From positions 3,906,001 to 3,970,000 of the forward strand of contig CM022675.1 in NCBI GenBank assembly GCA_012295275.1: a stretch of DNA of 64,000 nucleotides. The letters run 5' to 3'. The position numbers and the translations under genes were made by a program. A model generated the notes under the pieces. The model saw nothing but the letters and a program-made list of their open reading frames with translations, ran no database searches and was not told where the DNA came from. This document shows positions 45,973 to 61,066 of the stretch, in pieces. The stretch's first letter is position 1. Each line of letters opens with the position of its first letter. Source of the stretch: Chrysomallon squamiferum (Eukaryota > Animalia > Mollusca).

Positions 45973-47712
45973 CTCTCTCACTCTCTCTATGCATGTCTCT
46001 GTCTGTATGTGTATCTTTGTGTGTGTGTGTCCTTCCCTCTCTGTGTGTGCGTATGTCGGTATATATATATATATATATGTGTGAATGTATTTACAATTTA
46101 TTCAAATCGATTATAAAGAAAAATATATTTTACGAACAACATATGCAGTTGTTCATTCCCTCTGTTCTAAATTTGAATTCATTTCTTTTTTCCCCATGAG
46201 AACTAATGTAAATAAAATCCCTCCCAAATTATGCATTTTTTATAAAACATTTTTAGTAAAAAATTGATGCTTCATTAACGTGCATAAATCACACACAAAA
46301 TGGATAAATTACAAAAGATAACCTATAAACACACCACTAACAGAGGAGAGTAGATGGGGTAAGAGGAAGGGGGGTGAGGAAAGGTGGAGAGGGGGGGTGT
46401 GTTATTGTTTGGAACGGGAGTCACCTTGTATAAAAGCATCAGGTAAAGGTACTCCAACCCGCTTGTCCTGGACTTCATTTTCACTAAATCTGTCTAACGA
46501 GGTTTGGTTCTGCCTGCGTTTAAAATGTTTCTGTAGGAGGACTTGGCGCTGTCACTCAAACAGTTTATACTGGTTTTTTGCTACAGCTTTGTCACGGTGT
46601 AAATATTTTTCACAACACTTTGCAGCCCTCCCCATTTTGCACAGATCCTTTTTCCCTTCCCTCCTCCTCATCTGAAGACATTTCCTCGCCTGCGTTCGGT
46701 TTGAGGTATCACTCTACACAACAGAAAATTAATTAGACATTTAAGACAACTGAAAGAAGAGATATTTATAATATTATATGGGTGATGATGATGACAATGA
46801 TGGGGAGGTAGTGATGATAATGGTGATAAAGAAGATAACCATGATAATTTTAGCAATGAGAACGATAATGGTGATAGTGATTGCAATAGTGATAGTGACA
46901 GAATGGCTATCGAAGAAATATCAGCAAACGACACAGTCTACTATTATAATAACCAATAACGAAAACTTTGTATAATCTAACGACAGATGAAAATTATTAA
47001 GACGACTACGACGGCACCCCCTAATCCCCAAAACCGTGACGTAGTAGACGATTTACGCGAAGGACTGGAAGGCACGTTGTTTTCACCTGAGACACGGCGA
47101 GTTATAAATGGCCTCGCTTAACACGACAGCGAACGTCCAGCGCTCATTGCACGTTATTCGCCATCGTAAAAACGATCTCTTCGCATTTTTCACAGTCGCG
47201 TTGATGCGGACGCGGAATTTGCGGCATTCCGCGGTAAACCGTGTAGCAGTCACACCTGCACTCCTCGCGAACCGCGCGCGGTTCCAGAACGAGGCTGCGC
47301 GTGACACATTACATGTGTTATTGTCACGAGGCGGCCCAGAACGCGACATCTCAACAGAATGATGGAGATTCGAGTTTGTTACTAAGGAGACCTTTGTCTC
47401 CCGAGCTTCTTCCGAGCTGTGTACGTTGGGCCAGAGTGTCGGGAGCACTAATTTATTAATAATCGCAGTCTGCGAGTCCTGTCACCTGTTGACGTGACAG
47501 TCAGCGCCGTCGTACATCATCACCTGAGAGGCAAGAAACGTACACGGGAAGACAAATCCACTCGCTCTGTCAACCTCTTAACCGTGTTGCCATGGAGATT
47601 CTGCCAGGATAGTCTACGTGTGTGTTGTGTGTGTGTCTCTGTGTGTGTGTGTGTGTGTGTGTGTCTGTGTGTGTGTGTTTGTGTGTGTGTGTGTCTGTGT
47701 GTGTGTGTTTCT

Positions 47713-47753
<41 letters not shown>

Positions 47754-48027
47754 GTTCTATTTTAATTTTTTTAAATCTTTTTATTATTATTATTATTATT
47801 ATAATTTATTTATTTTTTATTTTATTATTATCATTTTATTTTTATTTTTATTTTTTTTGTTGTTGTTGAGGGAGATTCTTATTGTATTTAATTACATAAA
47901 TTATATTTCCTTATACTTTAATTTCCCTTTATTTTCACCATAAAATGAATGCGATTTGTGTCCGAAATTACCATAAAAAATGGGAGATAACCCTCATCAA
48001 AGGGAGATAAACGACAATCGACTGGGG

Positions 48028-48058
<31 letters not shown>

Positions 48059-48075
48059 AACCACCGCTAAACTTA

Positions 48076-48153
<78 letters not shown>

Positions 48154-48166
48154 AATAATAATAATA

Positions 48167-48211
<45 letters not shown>

Positions 48212-48395
48212 GCAGAAGAACATTTTTAAATTAAAAAAAAAATTAAATAAGGAAAGAAAGAAAGAAAAGTAGGCCTTCTACTACTACTACTACTACTACT
48301 ATACTATTCATAATAATAATAATAATAATAAGCAGAAGGTGATAAATAAATCAAAAAAAATAAATAAATAAGGAAAGATGTCTAAGTCGTATTTA

Positions 48396-48426
<31 letters not shown>

Positions 48427-48718
48427 ATAATAATAAGTATTATAATAAAAGTCAAACTGAGTTTTCTCCCTTTTTCTAATCTGGACCCGCCCCGTGGTGT
48501 GATGCGCGACCCTGGTTCATTGCGTAACAGTGACAAGTTTGATGTTGCTAAAAGTGACATGTTGATGTCACCTTGTCCGTTCGTCTCAAATAAATGCTTT
48601 GTTCTAAGTGATAAAGATGGCAGTATATATATCATTTATTGCATATGTTACCTTTGATGATTGTCCTAGCCAGGTTATACAGCGCGGGGCGACTTCCAGT
48701 ATGTTTGTTTTACGTGTT

Positions 48719-48819
<101 letters not shown>

Positions 48820-48951
48820 ATATACTAGAAAAAATATTAGTTAAATTTTGTTTTATATATAAAAATGCAAAAATAATTTTTAATAGCAACCATTTTTTTT
48901 TTTTACATATTAATTTATTTCTCATATTATTATTATTATTATTATTATTAA

Positions 48952-49058
48952 TCTTGTTGTGACAAAATAAAATAAAATGAAACTTATCTGTTTTGTTATT
49001 ATTATTAATTTTGTTGTGACAAAATAAAATAAAAGGAAACTTATCTGTTTTGTTATTA
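48952..49058 (+). repeat. ~57-bp tandem duplication
   Basis: ttgttgtgacaaaataaaataaaa(t/g)gaaacttatctgttttgttatta occurs twice. Confidence 0.85.
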
Positions 49059-49071
49059 AGAGAGAGAATAT

Positions 49072-49404
<333 letters not shown>

Positions 49405-52400
49405 ATCTACAGACAGACTGACATCCCCACATTCTGGGAGTGAACAGTAATTAATTTCTTTCATTTTTTTGTTTTGTTTGTGTGTCTAAGTCGTGTTTAA
49501 CTTTTCTCTTTCGTGTCAACGTTTTTCTCACACATTACGGTCGCATGAACTACCGAGACTAACCATTCGGGATCGCCTGACGTTTGGAAGGAGAACAGCT
49601 CCGCGGTTCTGTGCGTCGTGTCATCATCTACACTGGAAGCCAGCGACGAGCGTGAAGACAACTCGACAATAAGGAGGCCACGGGAACTCATCGTCCGAGT
49701 TCATAACACAATCCTTCCTAAGCGACCCATATAATTAGTCCATTGAGCCCACCCGTTCAAAACCCCGGGTCCCTCGATAAGTGTACGGTAATGTTTGACT
49801 TGCTAAAAAAGCCGAATGCGGAGTCGTTAGTGGCAGTTATTCACGGTAATTGCGATGTTTTAAAAATAGCGTCGGGCTCCGCTGGTTTTGCGTGGTTCAT
49901 TTCGCGGCGTGCACCGGGTAATGATCATTGGTCTGACATGAGAACCAGTCGACCCCGGGTACCTCAGTCCGTGGTTTTACCGTTCACACGGCCGCATACC
50001 CCGTTCTTTGTTGTACGTCAGAATGCTGGCATGTTTTCAAATGCACTGTTAATCACTGACATTATTATTCGTATGGTATCACCTGACCTTAATGTCAGCA
50101 GTAAAAAAATAATAATAATAAAAATAATAATTCTGATGAAACCGAGCTCTGACTCTTCTTGTTTCCGACGTCACCAGATTGGTTACAACTTTTACATTAG
50201 ACAGCTTATTATTATTTATAATTAATTATTTAAATAAAACAACAAGAACAACAAACAAATAAACAAACAAACAAATGAAAAATAAATAAATAAAAACAAA
50301 AATTTATTTAATGGTTTTATCAATAATAAAATAAATATATGAACAACAACAACAACGATATCAATAACAGCAACAACAAATACTACTATTCTTATTACTA
50401 CAACTATAACTGCTTGAGCTATTACTGCTTTTACTACTAACTACTACTGTAACCAGAAAAACAACTACAGTGATCTTCTCTTACAAGTAACTTTAAAAAT
50501 ATAAATAAATAAATAAATAAATAAATAAATTTCCAGAAATTACCTGTTAGTGTGTTAGACAGTTAAAGTGTTACAACATTACATTTGATCTCATATTAGT
50601 TAAAAACTGGAGCCAGTGCTGCTTTTGAGGCGCGATCCCAGAAACTCCAGCTCGCCACAAAGGCACCCATTGTCCTTTTAGGTCATCTCAATAGCATGAC
50701 CTTTGATGACCGTGCATCGCGTGACGTCACTGATTTCGTTTTTCAAAACAGCGTTACGTCCAAATTGTACGAGAGAAAGACGCGATGTTTTTGGTTTCAA
50801 ACTGAAGTATTTCTCGCCTCTTCACGTTTTCCTTTTTCTGTTTCCACCCGTTCTCTTTATCCCAGCCTCATAGCACACATGAAATTAATGTGTAAGGTAA
50901 AAATAGAACAGAATAAAATATTATCAATATTTGGAGTAAACGACGCAAATGATGATGTGTTGATTCGCACGTGACTTCAAAATTTGTGGAAACAAATAAT
51001 AAAATTAAAAATTAAAATTAAATGTAAAGGATAAATTTAAATATTCCTCAACTTTCTTGTTTGTTTTTAATCTCACCGAAAACGTTTTGTATATACAACA
51101 ATATCATTTGTTTATTTTTCCGAACTAATTAACTCATGTTAGACTTTTTTGTTGTTTTAAAGTGTCTACAAGTAAACATGCTTATAATAGTAATAATAAC
51201 AATAATAATAATAATAATAATAAAAAGAAGAAGAAGAAGAAGAACAACAACAACAACAATAACAAGATGAAAAAAAAAAACAACAATAACTCAATAACCG
51301 CAATAATAATAATAATAAGAAGAAGAAGAAGAAGAAGAAGAAAAAGAAGAAGAAGAAGCGTAAGAACAAGAAGAAGAAAAACAACAACTACGACAACATT
51401 AATTTTAATTCATTTAAATATTCACTTATCTACAGTTTAACTAATTTCTTTGAAATCACAACTTATACATATCACCCCTTTAGAATTATATACGCTTGTC
51501 TGTTACTTACTTATTTTTATTCTACTTTAATTTTATAATACAGGACGGTAACAATTCATTATCCAGCCTTCAGCAAAGCTTGATGGCTTAATCAAAGTAC
51601 GTTATACGTGCTAAATTCAGTTATAAAAATAAGACAACACCGCAGAAGTTAAAAACACTGCCCGGGGGAGGGCCGACAATTCATCATTTCCTAGACGGGC
51701 GTTTTTGTCTCGATAATTCGCCTACGGTTACGAATATATTCAAGATATTGATTATCACGTGATCTACACGAATGCATTATGGGCCATTATTGCGTTGGAT
51801 GTTGCCGCCGCGATATAACTAATGTCTTGTTCCGCGATGTAAACCTCGTTTTAATTAATTAAGTATTCTCGAAAGGCATGCCCTCGGAGTAACGTCCCTT
51901 TGATTGATGACGTATCGGGGAGCTCTCTTTGACGGAGGTACAAAAGCGCGGCTATATGGAAACTCTTTCATCTCTGATTTTCTCCTTCTAAAATTCACGT
52001 CTGCTTTTGTTTAGTGCTCACTTGTCAACGCATTATATACTTTTATTGCTTGTCAAACCATTTTACAATGGGCGTATGCCATCATGTGCCCGCAGCCAAC
52101 AGTTTTGACTAATTGCTTGTCTAAAACATTGATTTATATAACTAATGTATTACCTATATTATTATTCGTGTAATGTACGCAAAGTATGATTGAACGTATT
52201 TTGAATTTTTTTTAAATATATATTAAGGAAAGGAGATAATAATAATGTTCATACAGAAACAACTTCTAAAGCTATTATTATTATTATTATTATTATTACA
52301 GTCACTACTACTTCCATTATTACTACTATACTACTTCTACTATTGTTAGTACCTATTACCATTCCTACTACTACTAGTATCACTACTACTACAAATACTA

Positions 52401-52708
52401 CTACTACTACTATTAATATTAATACTTCTACTACTTCTGCTATTGCTACTGCTAATACCACTATTGTAACTATAACTACCACTACAGCTGTCTATTAATA
52501 CTAAATAATTATACTATTGTTAGTACTATAACCATTCCAACTACTACTAGCATCAGTACTAATACTATTACTATTACTACAAATACTACTACTACTACTA
52601 TTAATAGTTCTATTACTTCTACTATTACTGCTGCTAATACCACTATTGTTACAATAACTACTACTACTACTACTACCACTACTGCTGCTACTACTATTCC
52701 TACTACTA

Positions 52709-52753
<45 letters not shown>

Positions 52754-52896
52754 CTGGTACTACCTATTACTAATTCTCGAATTATGAAAATAATTCGATT
52801 AATTGTTTTGTGGACTTGGTCCTATCCAGACATATGCTGTGATACAGAACAAGGTTAACAGAGAAAATAAAATAAAAAATAGCAACATTAAACAAA

Positions 52897-52931
<35 letters not shown>

Positions 52932-53828
52932 ATACATAAATAAATACATACATAAATAAATACATAAATAAATAAATAAATATATAAATAAATAAGTAAA
53001 ATAAAATAAATAACTAAGTAAATAACTAAATAAATAAAATAAAATAAATAAATAAGTAATGAGTAATGATAAATAAATAAATAAATAATTAAAAAACTAA
53101 TAATAATAATAAAAAAAACTAAACTAAACTAAACAAATAATTTAAAAAAAAAAAACAATGACAGCAAAACAAATGATAACTATTAACTTGACTATAATAC
53201 CAATAATACTACTACTATTAATAATAAAAGTAAAACAGTTCAATTTAAATATATAGATATATATATGAAAAACGAAAGAAACACAGAAAGGTTCCCTCAC
53301 AAGATCAGCTGTCTTGAAGTAACAAACAAGACTTTACGAACAGAACCACTAATCAAAACAAACAAACACACAAAGAACCACGTAATTTTGATCATTAACA
53401 ATAAGAAAACCTATTCGACAGAATCCATTTATATTTTCTTTCTCATCCGTGTGTCCGTAACCCCTTTAATCCCTCCTGACAACCAAACCTTTGTCATTGC
53501 CAGATTAATATACGCAGCCATCGTTCCTCTGCGTACATGTTCGGATGTTGCGCAAGTTTCCGTCAACATTTTGATTGATAATGTGTTTGAATAATAATCA
53601 CAGTTACACAAGCAGTAACATTGCGCAACACATAAGTAGTAACAAAGAAAAGGTGCAGACGTCGTAGTAGCTGTCATTTATCTATGTCGCGTTGATGTTG
53701 ACATCGTTTCTTGTTGTAAACATCTAGAGACATAGCAATTTGTCACGTGATTTTAATTACTTATGTCATTACCCGGTTCAGTGATTTCTTTTTGTTCCTG
53801 CGTAATATATGTTAATGGTAGTTTACGT

Positions 53829-53860
<32 letters not shown>

Positions 53861-54438
53861 TTACATATATTATACATACATGCACAACCACATCCATAAA
53901 CACATACACACGTATAGGTAACATGCAGTACTGGACTGTGCATAACAAACAAACAAGCAAACAAATAAATAGTCAAATCAAATCAAATCAAAAGAAAACA
54001 GAAAGAAAAGATATACATACATATATACACAAACAAACACATACTATTTACATCCATGTTTATTATTGGTGGATAATCTTTGTTAATAATAAAGAATAAT
54101 TATAAACCAATAAGTAGCTTCAGATTAGCATAGGTTGTCAGTAATTTGTTGACATGTTTTTTTTTTGTTTTTTGTTTTTTCAAAAGTGATGGATTTTCAA
54201 AAATAAATTAATAAATAAAAAATTATTGGAACTCGCAAAATTCCTTTTCATTAATATTAGCAGGATTCATTCTAATAAAGAAAACGACAGGAATTTAAAT
54301 ATATATGTGTACACACAAACACACACACATACACACACACACACACACGCACAGATACAAACACACACACACGCACACACACACACACACAGATACACGC
54401 ACACACACATATACATATTTTTGTATATATTAATATAT

Positions 54439-54499
<61 letters not shown>

Positions 54500-55780
54500 A
54501 ACAACACACACACAGATATAGATATATATAAATAATCTGTTTATTTATATATGAAATGTAGTATTTATTTAACAAGCTATCTTCTTCGTATCAAACTTCT
54601 CTCGTTTCTTTAGAGAAGAACAGCGTCATGACTGAAAAATTTAAAAAAAACCCCAAAAACTTTACATTACAAAGATTTGATCTTTACAACCGTTTGACAC
54701 AATCACAGAAACACTTTGACTAAACTACGTACAAACAAAGGCTAAAAGGCGCATTCACACTAGACGATTTACTTTACAACAACAGAGAGACAAAATAACA
54801 AAGAGACGAGACAAGAAAGAAAACACATAGAAGATTAACACATTAACTCAGATAATAGGTGAAGGGAGCGTCAAATTCGGAAGGCGGAGTTTATCAAAGA
54901 CAAAACATAATGGCGGTCGAGTGACGTTTTGGGGCATTCGGTGCGCTCGAACCGGCGACATAAACAAGTTGGTTTTAGTGTGTGAATACAGGAATGTGGT
55001 TCTCTATTGTTGATTGGGTGTCACTGTTTTGTTAATGTTTCTTTGATATCGGAAAAGATATTGATGATTTTTACACGGAGAGTTACAGAAATCGTCTCCA
55101 CAAAATAAATCTTGTTAAATTTACAAACGATCTGAGAGATTTACGTCAGCTGTATGTTTTGTGAGTCGTTAAAAAACAAAATAGAAACAATAACCACAAG
55201 AAAAATAACAATAAACAAAATTGTAAAACTAATAAAATAATGAAAAATTAAACAACAAAACTAAACAATACAGCCTATAGAGATTAAAAAAAAAAAAAAG
55301 ATTCAAAAATAATAATAATAAATTAATTAATTAATATAAATAAATAAAAATAATGAAAAATAAATAAAAAGAAGATGAAGAAAAAGAGACGTTGACCTTG
55401 CTCACTAGTTTAATTCCTTCTTTCCTTCCTTCCCTCTTTCATTCATCCATCCATTCACTCATTCACTCTTTTGCTTAGTTATCAATTAACACATTTTTAT
55501 TTTATTTTTTATTTTTTATTCACTGGACGGTAATAAATAAACAGAAACTTTATATTTTCATTATGACGTGTTACAAAACTTTGTCTTCGTTTGTACACCT
55601 CCGTACCGCTCACCCAGAAACCCAGTACGTCTTCTATCATCACACTAAACCCAATACGACCCGGCCCAGCCTGTAATACTGACGTTTTACAACACAGCCT
55701 CTCTTTAACCGTTCTGAACACCCCGCTCTCTGAGTGACTCGCTGCTTTATAAAGAAAGAAGACGAAGACGAGAAAAATAA

Positions 55781-55813
<33 letters not shown>

Positions 55814-56154
55814 AAAGCCCAGCATAACCGAAAACAAGAAGAGAACAGGAACGACGTTGTTACAAAGAGTCGCACACTCGACGATGCTGAAGACTAAATG
55901 CGAGGGCGGCGACGTGGTGAACGGCACAGAGTAATAACGACTGTGTGACGCGGCATGTTGAAACCGTTGAGGGGCGGGCGAAGAAGAGATTCTCGTGGAC
56001 TGCAGTAAACACTTGATACAGGAATGTCACGTCACCGCGATCTCTTATTTCATTTCAGACGGTGACCTCGTTAAAAAAATAGACCTGTGAAATAAAGAAT
56101 ACTGTCTGGTGATTTTTGTTTTCTTAATTTGTTTTTTTTTTGTTTTGTTTTGTT

Positions 56155-56193
<39 letters not shown>

Positions 56194-56533
56194 TATATTT
56201 TATTTTATTTTTTAAATTTTAATTTAATTTAATTTTCTTCCCTATTTCTTTTTCCTTTTTTTTTCTTATTTTTATTTTATTTCATTTGTTTTTCTATTTT
56301 TCTATTTATTTATATATATATATATTTTTTTATTATTATTATTATTTTTTTTTATTGTTTCCAAAATGTTTAGTCAGCTGTTATTTTTTAAATTAATTTA
56401 ATTTAATTTGTTTTTATTATTGTTATAGAGTTAGTTTTAGTAACTGTCTTATTACTTGATCCCGTTTTGGTTCTCAAATTAGAGAAATATAATTAATTAT
56501 TTGAAAACATCAACTACTTTAAATTTCCATTAA

Positions 56534-56583
<50 letters not shown>

Positions 56584-56787
56584 TTATGATGTAAGATATT
56601 TAGTCAAACATTGAGTTTTTAGACAAACATTCTATTTTTATTTCCATCACAGTCCATACAAACGAAATAAAGACTTTTTTTTTATCAAACAACTCGGAAC
56701 TTCTTTATTCAACAGTTCTATGGATTGTAGATAATTCATAGTTTAAAAATGTGTAGAGAAGGAAAGATATATCATTCTGACTCCAAG

Positions 56788-56966
56788 GTTAGCAGTAAAG
56801 TATCTTTCATATACACCTTCCCACGGAAAGTAAAGTTAATATCGTAGTTTTAAATAAATCTGTCGCGGAGTACTGACTGGAATGGTAAAAAGTTAATCGG
56901 AGACACTGAGTGGGATCGATCCCGGGACGAAGCAAGCCTCGGTCTGGTGTTCTACAGACCCCGCCC
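56788..56966 (-). mobile_element. Degenerate SINE, best-preserved copy
   Basis: Minus strand: gggcgggg...cgggatcgatcccactcagtg...ttccagtcagtactccgcgac...cgtgggaaggtgtatatgaaagatactttactgctaa; same layout as the 44021-44184 copy. Confidence 0.55.
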
Positions 56967-57336
56967 ACTTTAGTCATTGTGACTAACGTCATCTTGCACT
57001 GGCTGTTAAAGCTGTATTATCACTGGCAGCATTTATTTTGCTCACCAGCTTATTATTTTCATATTTGTTAAATGACCAGTTTACTCCGGCCAGAAAGAGA
57101 TCAGTCCAGACCACGACCAATCGCCGCTGTCCGGCTCAGTGAGCACTCGCTGACCCGTGGTCACTTTACTTCGGACACCGCTGATTGCAATCAAGAAATG
57201 CCTCGGACCACCACGATTGCGATCTTAGAATAATAAATTTTTCATCGTGAGAAATGGACTGAAGATGAAGAATTCCCTCGTGTCAGAACAGTATCACAGT
57301 AACGTCGTACCTGACTTTGTGAGAACCGCCGAACAG

Positions 57337-58092
57337 ACTTTGTATAGTTGTTAGTAATTTTCTTAATAAACACTGAATTTGATGATGAAATAGAATTTGT
57401 ATTTTTATTAGTAATTTTCTTATAAAACACTGAATTTGATGAGGAAATAGATTTCTTATATTTGTTAGTAATTTTCTTAATAAACGCAGAATTTGATGAG
57501 GAAATAGTTTTTGTATATTTATTAGTAATTTTCTTAATAAACACTGAATTATTTGACGAAATAGATTTTGTATTTCTATTAGTAATTTTCTTAATAAACA
57601 CTGAATTTGATGATGAAATAGATTTCCTATATTTGTTAGTAATTTTTTTAATAAACACTGAATTTGATGACGAAATAGATTTTGTATATTTGTTAGTAAT
57701 TTTCTTAATTAAACACTGAATTTGATGATGAAATAGATTTCCTATATTTGTTAGTAATTTTCTTAATAAACACTGAATTTGATGATGAAATAGATTTTCC
57801 TATATTTGTTAGTAATTTTCTTGTTAAACTCAGAATTTGAAGACGAAATAGATTTCGTATATTTATTAGTAATTTTCTTATAAAACACAGAATTTGATGA
57901 CGAAATAGATTTTGTATATTTATTAGTAATTGAAATCAAACAGAGACTTTGATGACAAAATAGGTTTCGTATATTTGTTAATAATTTTCTTAATAAATAC
58001 AGAATTTGAAGACGAAATTTGTTAATAATTTTTTTAATAAATACAGAATTTGATGACCAAACAAAGGATTTTCTTAATAAAACAGAATTTGA
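57337..58092 (+). repeat. 57-bp minisatellite (~12-13 copies, decaying at the 3' end)
   Basis: Unit gtaattttcttaataaacactgaatttgatgatgaaatagatttcctatatttgtta, producing 19-aa periodic ORFs on both strands. Confidence 0.95.
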
Positions 58093-58389
58093 GTTATTTT
58101 GTATATATTTCTAATTTTAATCAAAAAATTACGTGACAAAATGTAATTTTCTTAATTAACCATGAAACTGAGTTAGTAGTAAAAATTAAGTGATGGATTT
58201 TCTTAATTTATTAGTTTGTTACTAACACATGTGTTAGTTTTTCTCATTAAAGTAAAAAATTGAGACTAGATCACGTGTAACAGACAAACTATAGTTAACA
58301 TGTACCTGACAAACATTACAGTATTAATGATTGTGTTATTTGTTTCTAATTAATTTTAAATTTAATGAACGAAAACAGACTTTCATTTA

Positions 58390-58440
<51 letters not shown>

Positions 58441-58523
58441 ATATATATATAACTCTATTAATTTTATTTATTTATTTATTTATTTTGTTATTTATTATAA
58501 TTATGATGATGATTATGATTATG

Positions 58524-58568
<45 letters not shown>

Positions 58569-58667
58569 GTTGTTGTTGTTTCATGTTATTAGTATTTACT
58601 AATGAGAACGAATATTGCAAATGTATAAACACATATTATGTATTTATAAGTAGCTGCAGTATATTGG

Positions 58668-58706
<39 letters not shown>

Positions 58707-58891
58707 CATTGTTCTTAAAATTAATCAGAACATGTATTACAAATATTTCAGTTATATATATATAAAAAAAAAAAAATGTTTTTATTCTGTTTTTATTTGT
58801 TTTCTTTTTCTATTATTTTTTTAATATTAAAGTTTATATTGTTTGTGTCTGTATGTTGTGTGTGTGTGTGTAAAAAATATGACAGTTTTAT

Positions 58892-58949
<58 letters not shown>

Positions 58950-59095
58950 AAAACTGTCATTTTTTTATATATATATATATATATGAAACTACAATACAAA
59001 CTTTATTTTAATAATTAATTGTTTTCCTTTTTGCTAAGCTGTTATTCGTAAAAATATATATAAAATAAATATATTTAAAATATTTATATCAGATT

Positions 59096-59136
<41 letters not shown>

Positions 59137-60836
59137 ATTGATTAATTTATTAATTTAGAACAAAAAAATTTTCTCTCTATTACTGTTGTGTTTTTGTTGT
59201 TTTTCATTTGTTTGTTTGTTTATTTATTTATTTATTTATTTATTAGAAATTTACAAAATTATTTTACATTATTTGTTTTGTCATATGAACCAAATTACAA
59301 AAACATTGAGAAATAAAATTAAACAATGACTTACCTGTTGAAATTTTAATTAAGATATTTCAGTGTTCATTCTTACATTAACAATAATCACAGTGTTTAT
59401 TACTTACATCAGAGACAATTTAACTAATTATTTTTAGGTATATAAAACATATTTACGATATCTCAGTATTAATTGATATACGTTAATATAATTATTATCA
59501 AACACACAGAAACAGAGAATGTGCTACATTTAGCTTAACCTAATTCGTATGTTTATATTTCAACAGTCTGTCGGATGTCAGCTTTCATATTTTTGAAACA
59601 AGAAAATGGTTATTTTATTTAAAATATTATTTTATTTATTTTATTTTTAAATAGAAAGATAAAAAGTAAATAAGTAAATATATAATTAATTTAAAAATGA
59701 ATAAATAATTAAGTCCCGATTAAATAAACAAAAAGCAAACAATAAATGAATGAATGAATGAATGAATAAACAAACAAACAAAAAGCAAACAAACAAACAA
59801 ACAATAAATAAATAAATAAAATAAATAAATAAACAAACAAACAAATAACATCTACGATTTCTTTTCATCTTTCTTTGACTTTTATGATTTTGAAGAAAAT
59901 ATTATCGTTACTGTTGAATGTTTTTATTTTCTGCTGTGTTTTTTTCTCACAAAAACCTGTCTTCACTTATCTACAATACTCAAACTCCAATTTGCCATTT
60001 AGCATCGCTAAGTAACGCGCCGCCCATTAACGAAGTCACGTGACCTGTTTTTAAAATACCAACGTCTTTATCTACGATAACTAATTGATCAATTTCCCAG
60101 TCTCAGGGGCGTTGCGGTGCTCTGGAGAATTGGTCGGGATTTACGCACAGATAGATAAAAATGGCTGCCTAATGTCGGGCGATTGGACGATACCCGACAT
60201 TACGTCACGTCTTAATTAACACAAACGTTTCTTCCCGCCGCCAGAGTGACGTTGTCTTTTTGTGTTTAGATGTTTACGACTCGTACACAGAGCGATATGA
60301 AGACTAAATTAAGTCTTAAACGGGGTCGCGAACAATTTGTTTACAATTTAATCATTTTAGAAAAATAAGCCGCAAGCAGTCGACGTTTCGCGCAGTGACG
60401 ATTCGTGATGGTGCATTGCGAACCGACAAGCTTTGTTAACTGTTTCTTACTCAAGTGTCCAGGGAATCGGAGGGGAGGGGGCAGGGTGTGCAAGCCCTTT
60501 GAAGGGACGTTTAGTTCTGCTCTGCTAGTAGTGGTAAGTAGATGTTATGTCGTGTTTTCAAAGCAAAAAGCAAAATGACGGAACAAAGATGGGTGAAATT
60601 ATTACATTACAACCAGTTGTTCAATTTGTGATTGGTTCTAGATAGTCTGAGTTTAGCTGATTGTCTGTGTGTGTGTGTGGACGCAAATGGGTTAACAAGA
60701 GTGTGAAATTTAACACTCGAGTGCAGCCGACATCAAACCAAATATAGATGAACGTTTTAGATTGGGAATGAGTAATTGTGCTTTTCTGGTCTCTCTCGTT
60801 CTCTTTTTCTCTCTGACTCTCCATCACTCCCTCTTA

Positions 60837-60935
<99 letters not shown>

Positions 60936-61032
60936 CCTTTCTCTCTGTATCACATACTTTGTATTGTATATCGTTACAGTTATATGTATACTTTAATTAG
61001 ATTAAGCAGTCGAAATGTCTTTCATCATCATC

Positions 61033-61066
<34 letters not shown>

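Noticed and set aside
47083-47448. Overlapping 121-aa (-) and 84-aa (+) ORFs in a GC-rich island
   Set aside because: No recognisable domain or splice framework; open frames are expected in GC-rich regulatory DNA.
49743-50225. 160-aa ORF with a non-ATG start
   Set aside because: No homology cues, runs into an AAT repeat, no supporting splice sites.
52777-52798. Perfect 9-bp hairpin with GAAA loop (tcgaattat-gaaa-ataattcga)
   Set aside because: Short, AT-rich, no CTRR Helitron end or other context; compatible with chance.
57337-58092. CRISPR-like or coding interpretation of the periodic array
   Set aside because: Units are contiguous with no unique spacers, the context is eukaryotic with no cas genes, and frame-breaking indels occur in later copies.
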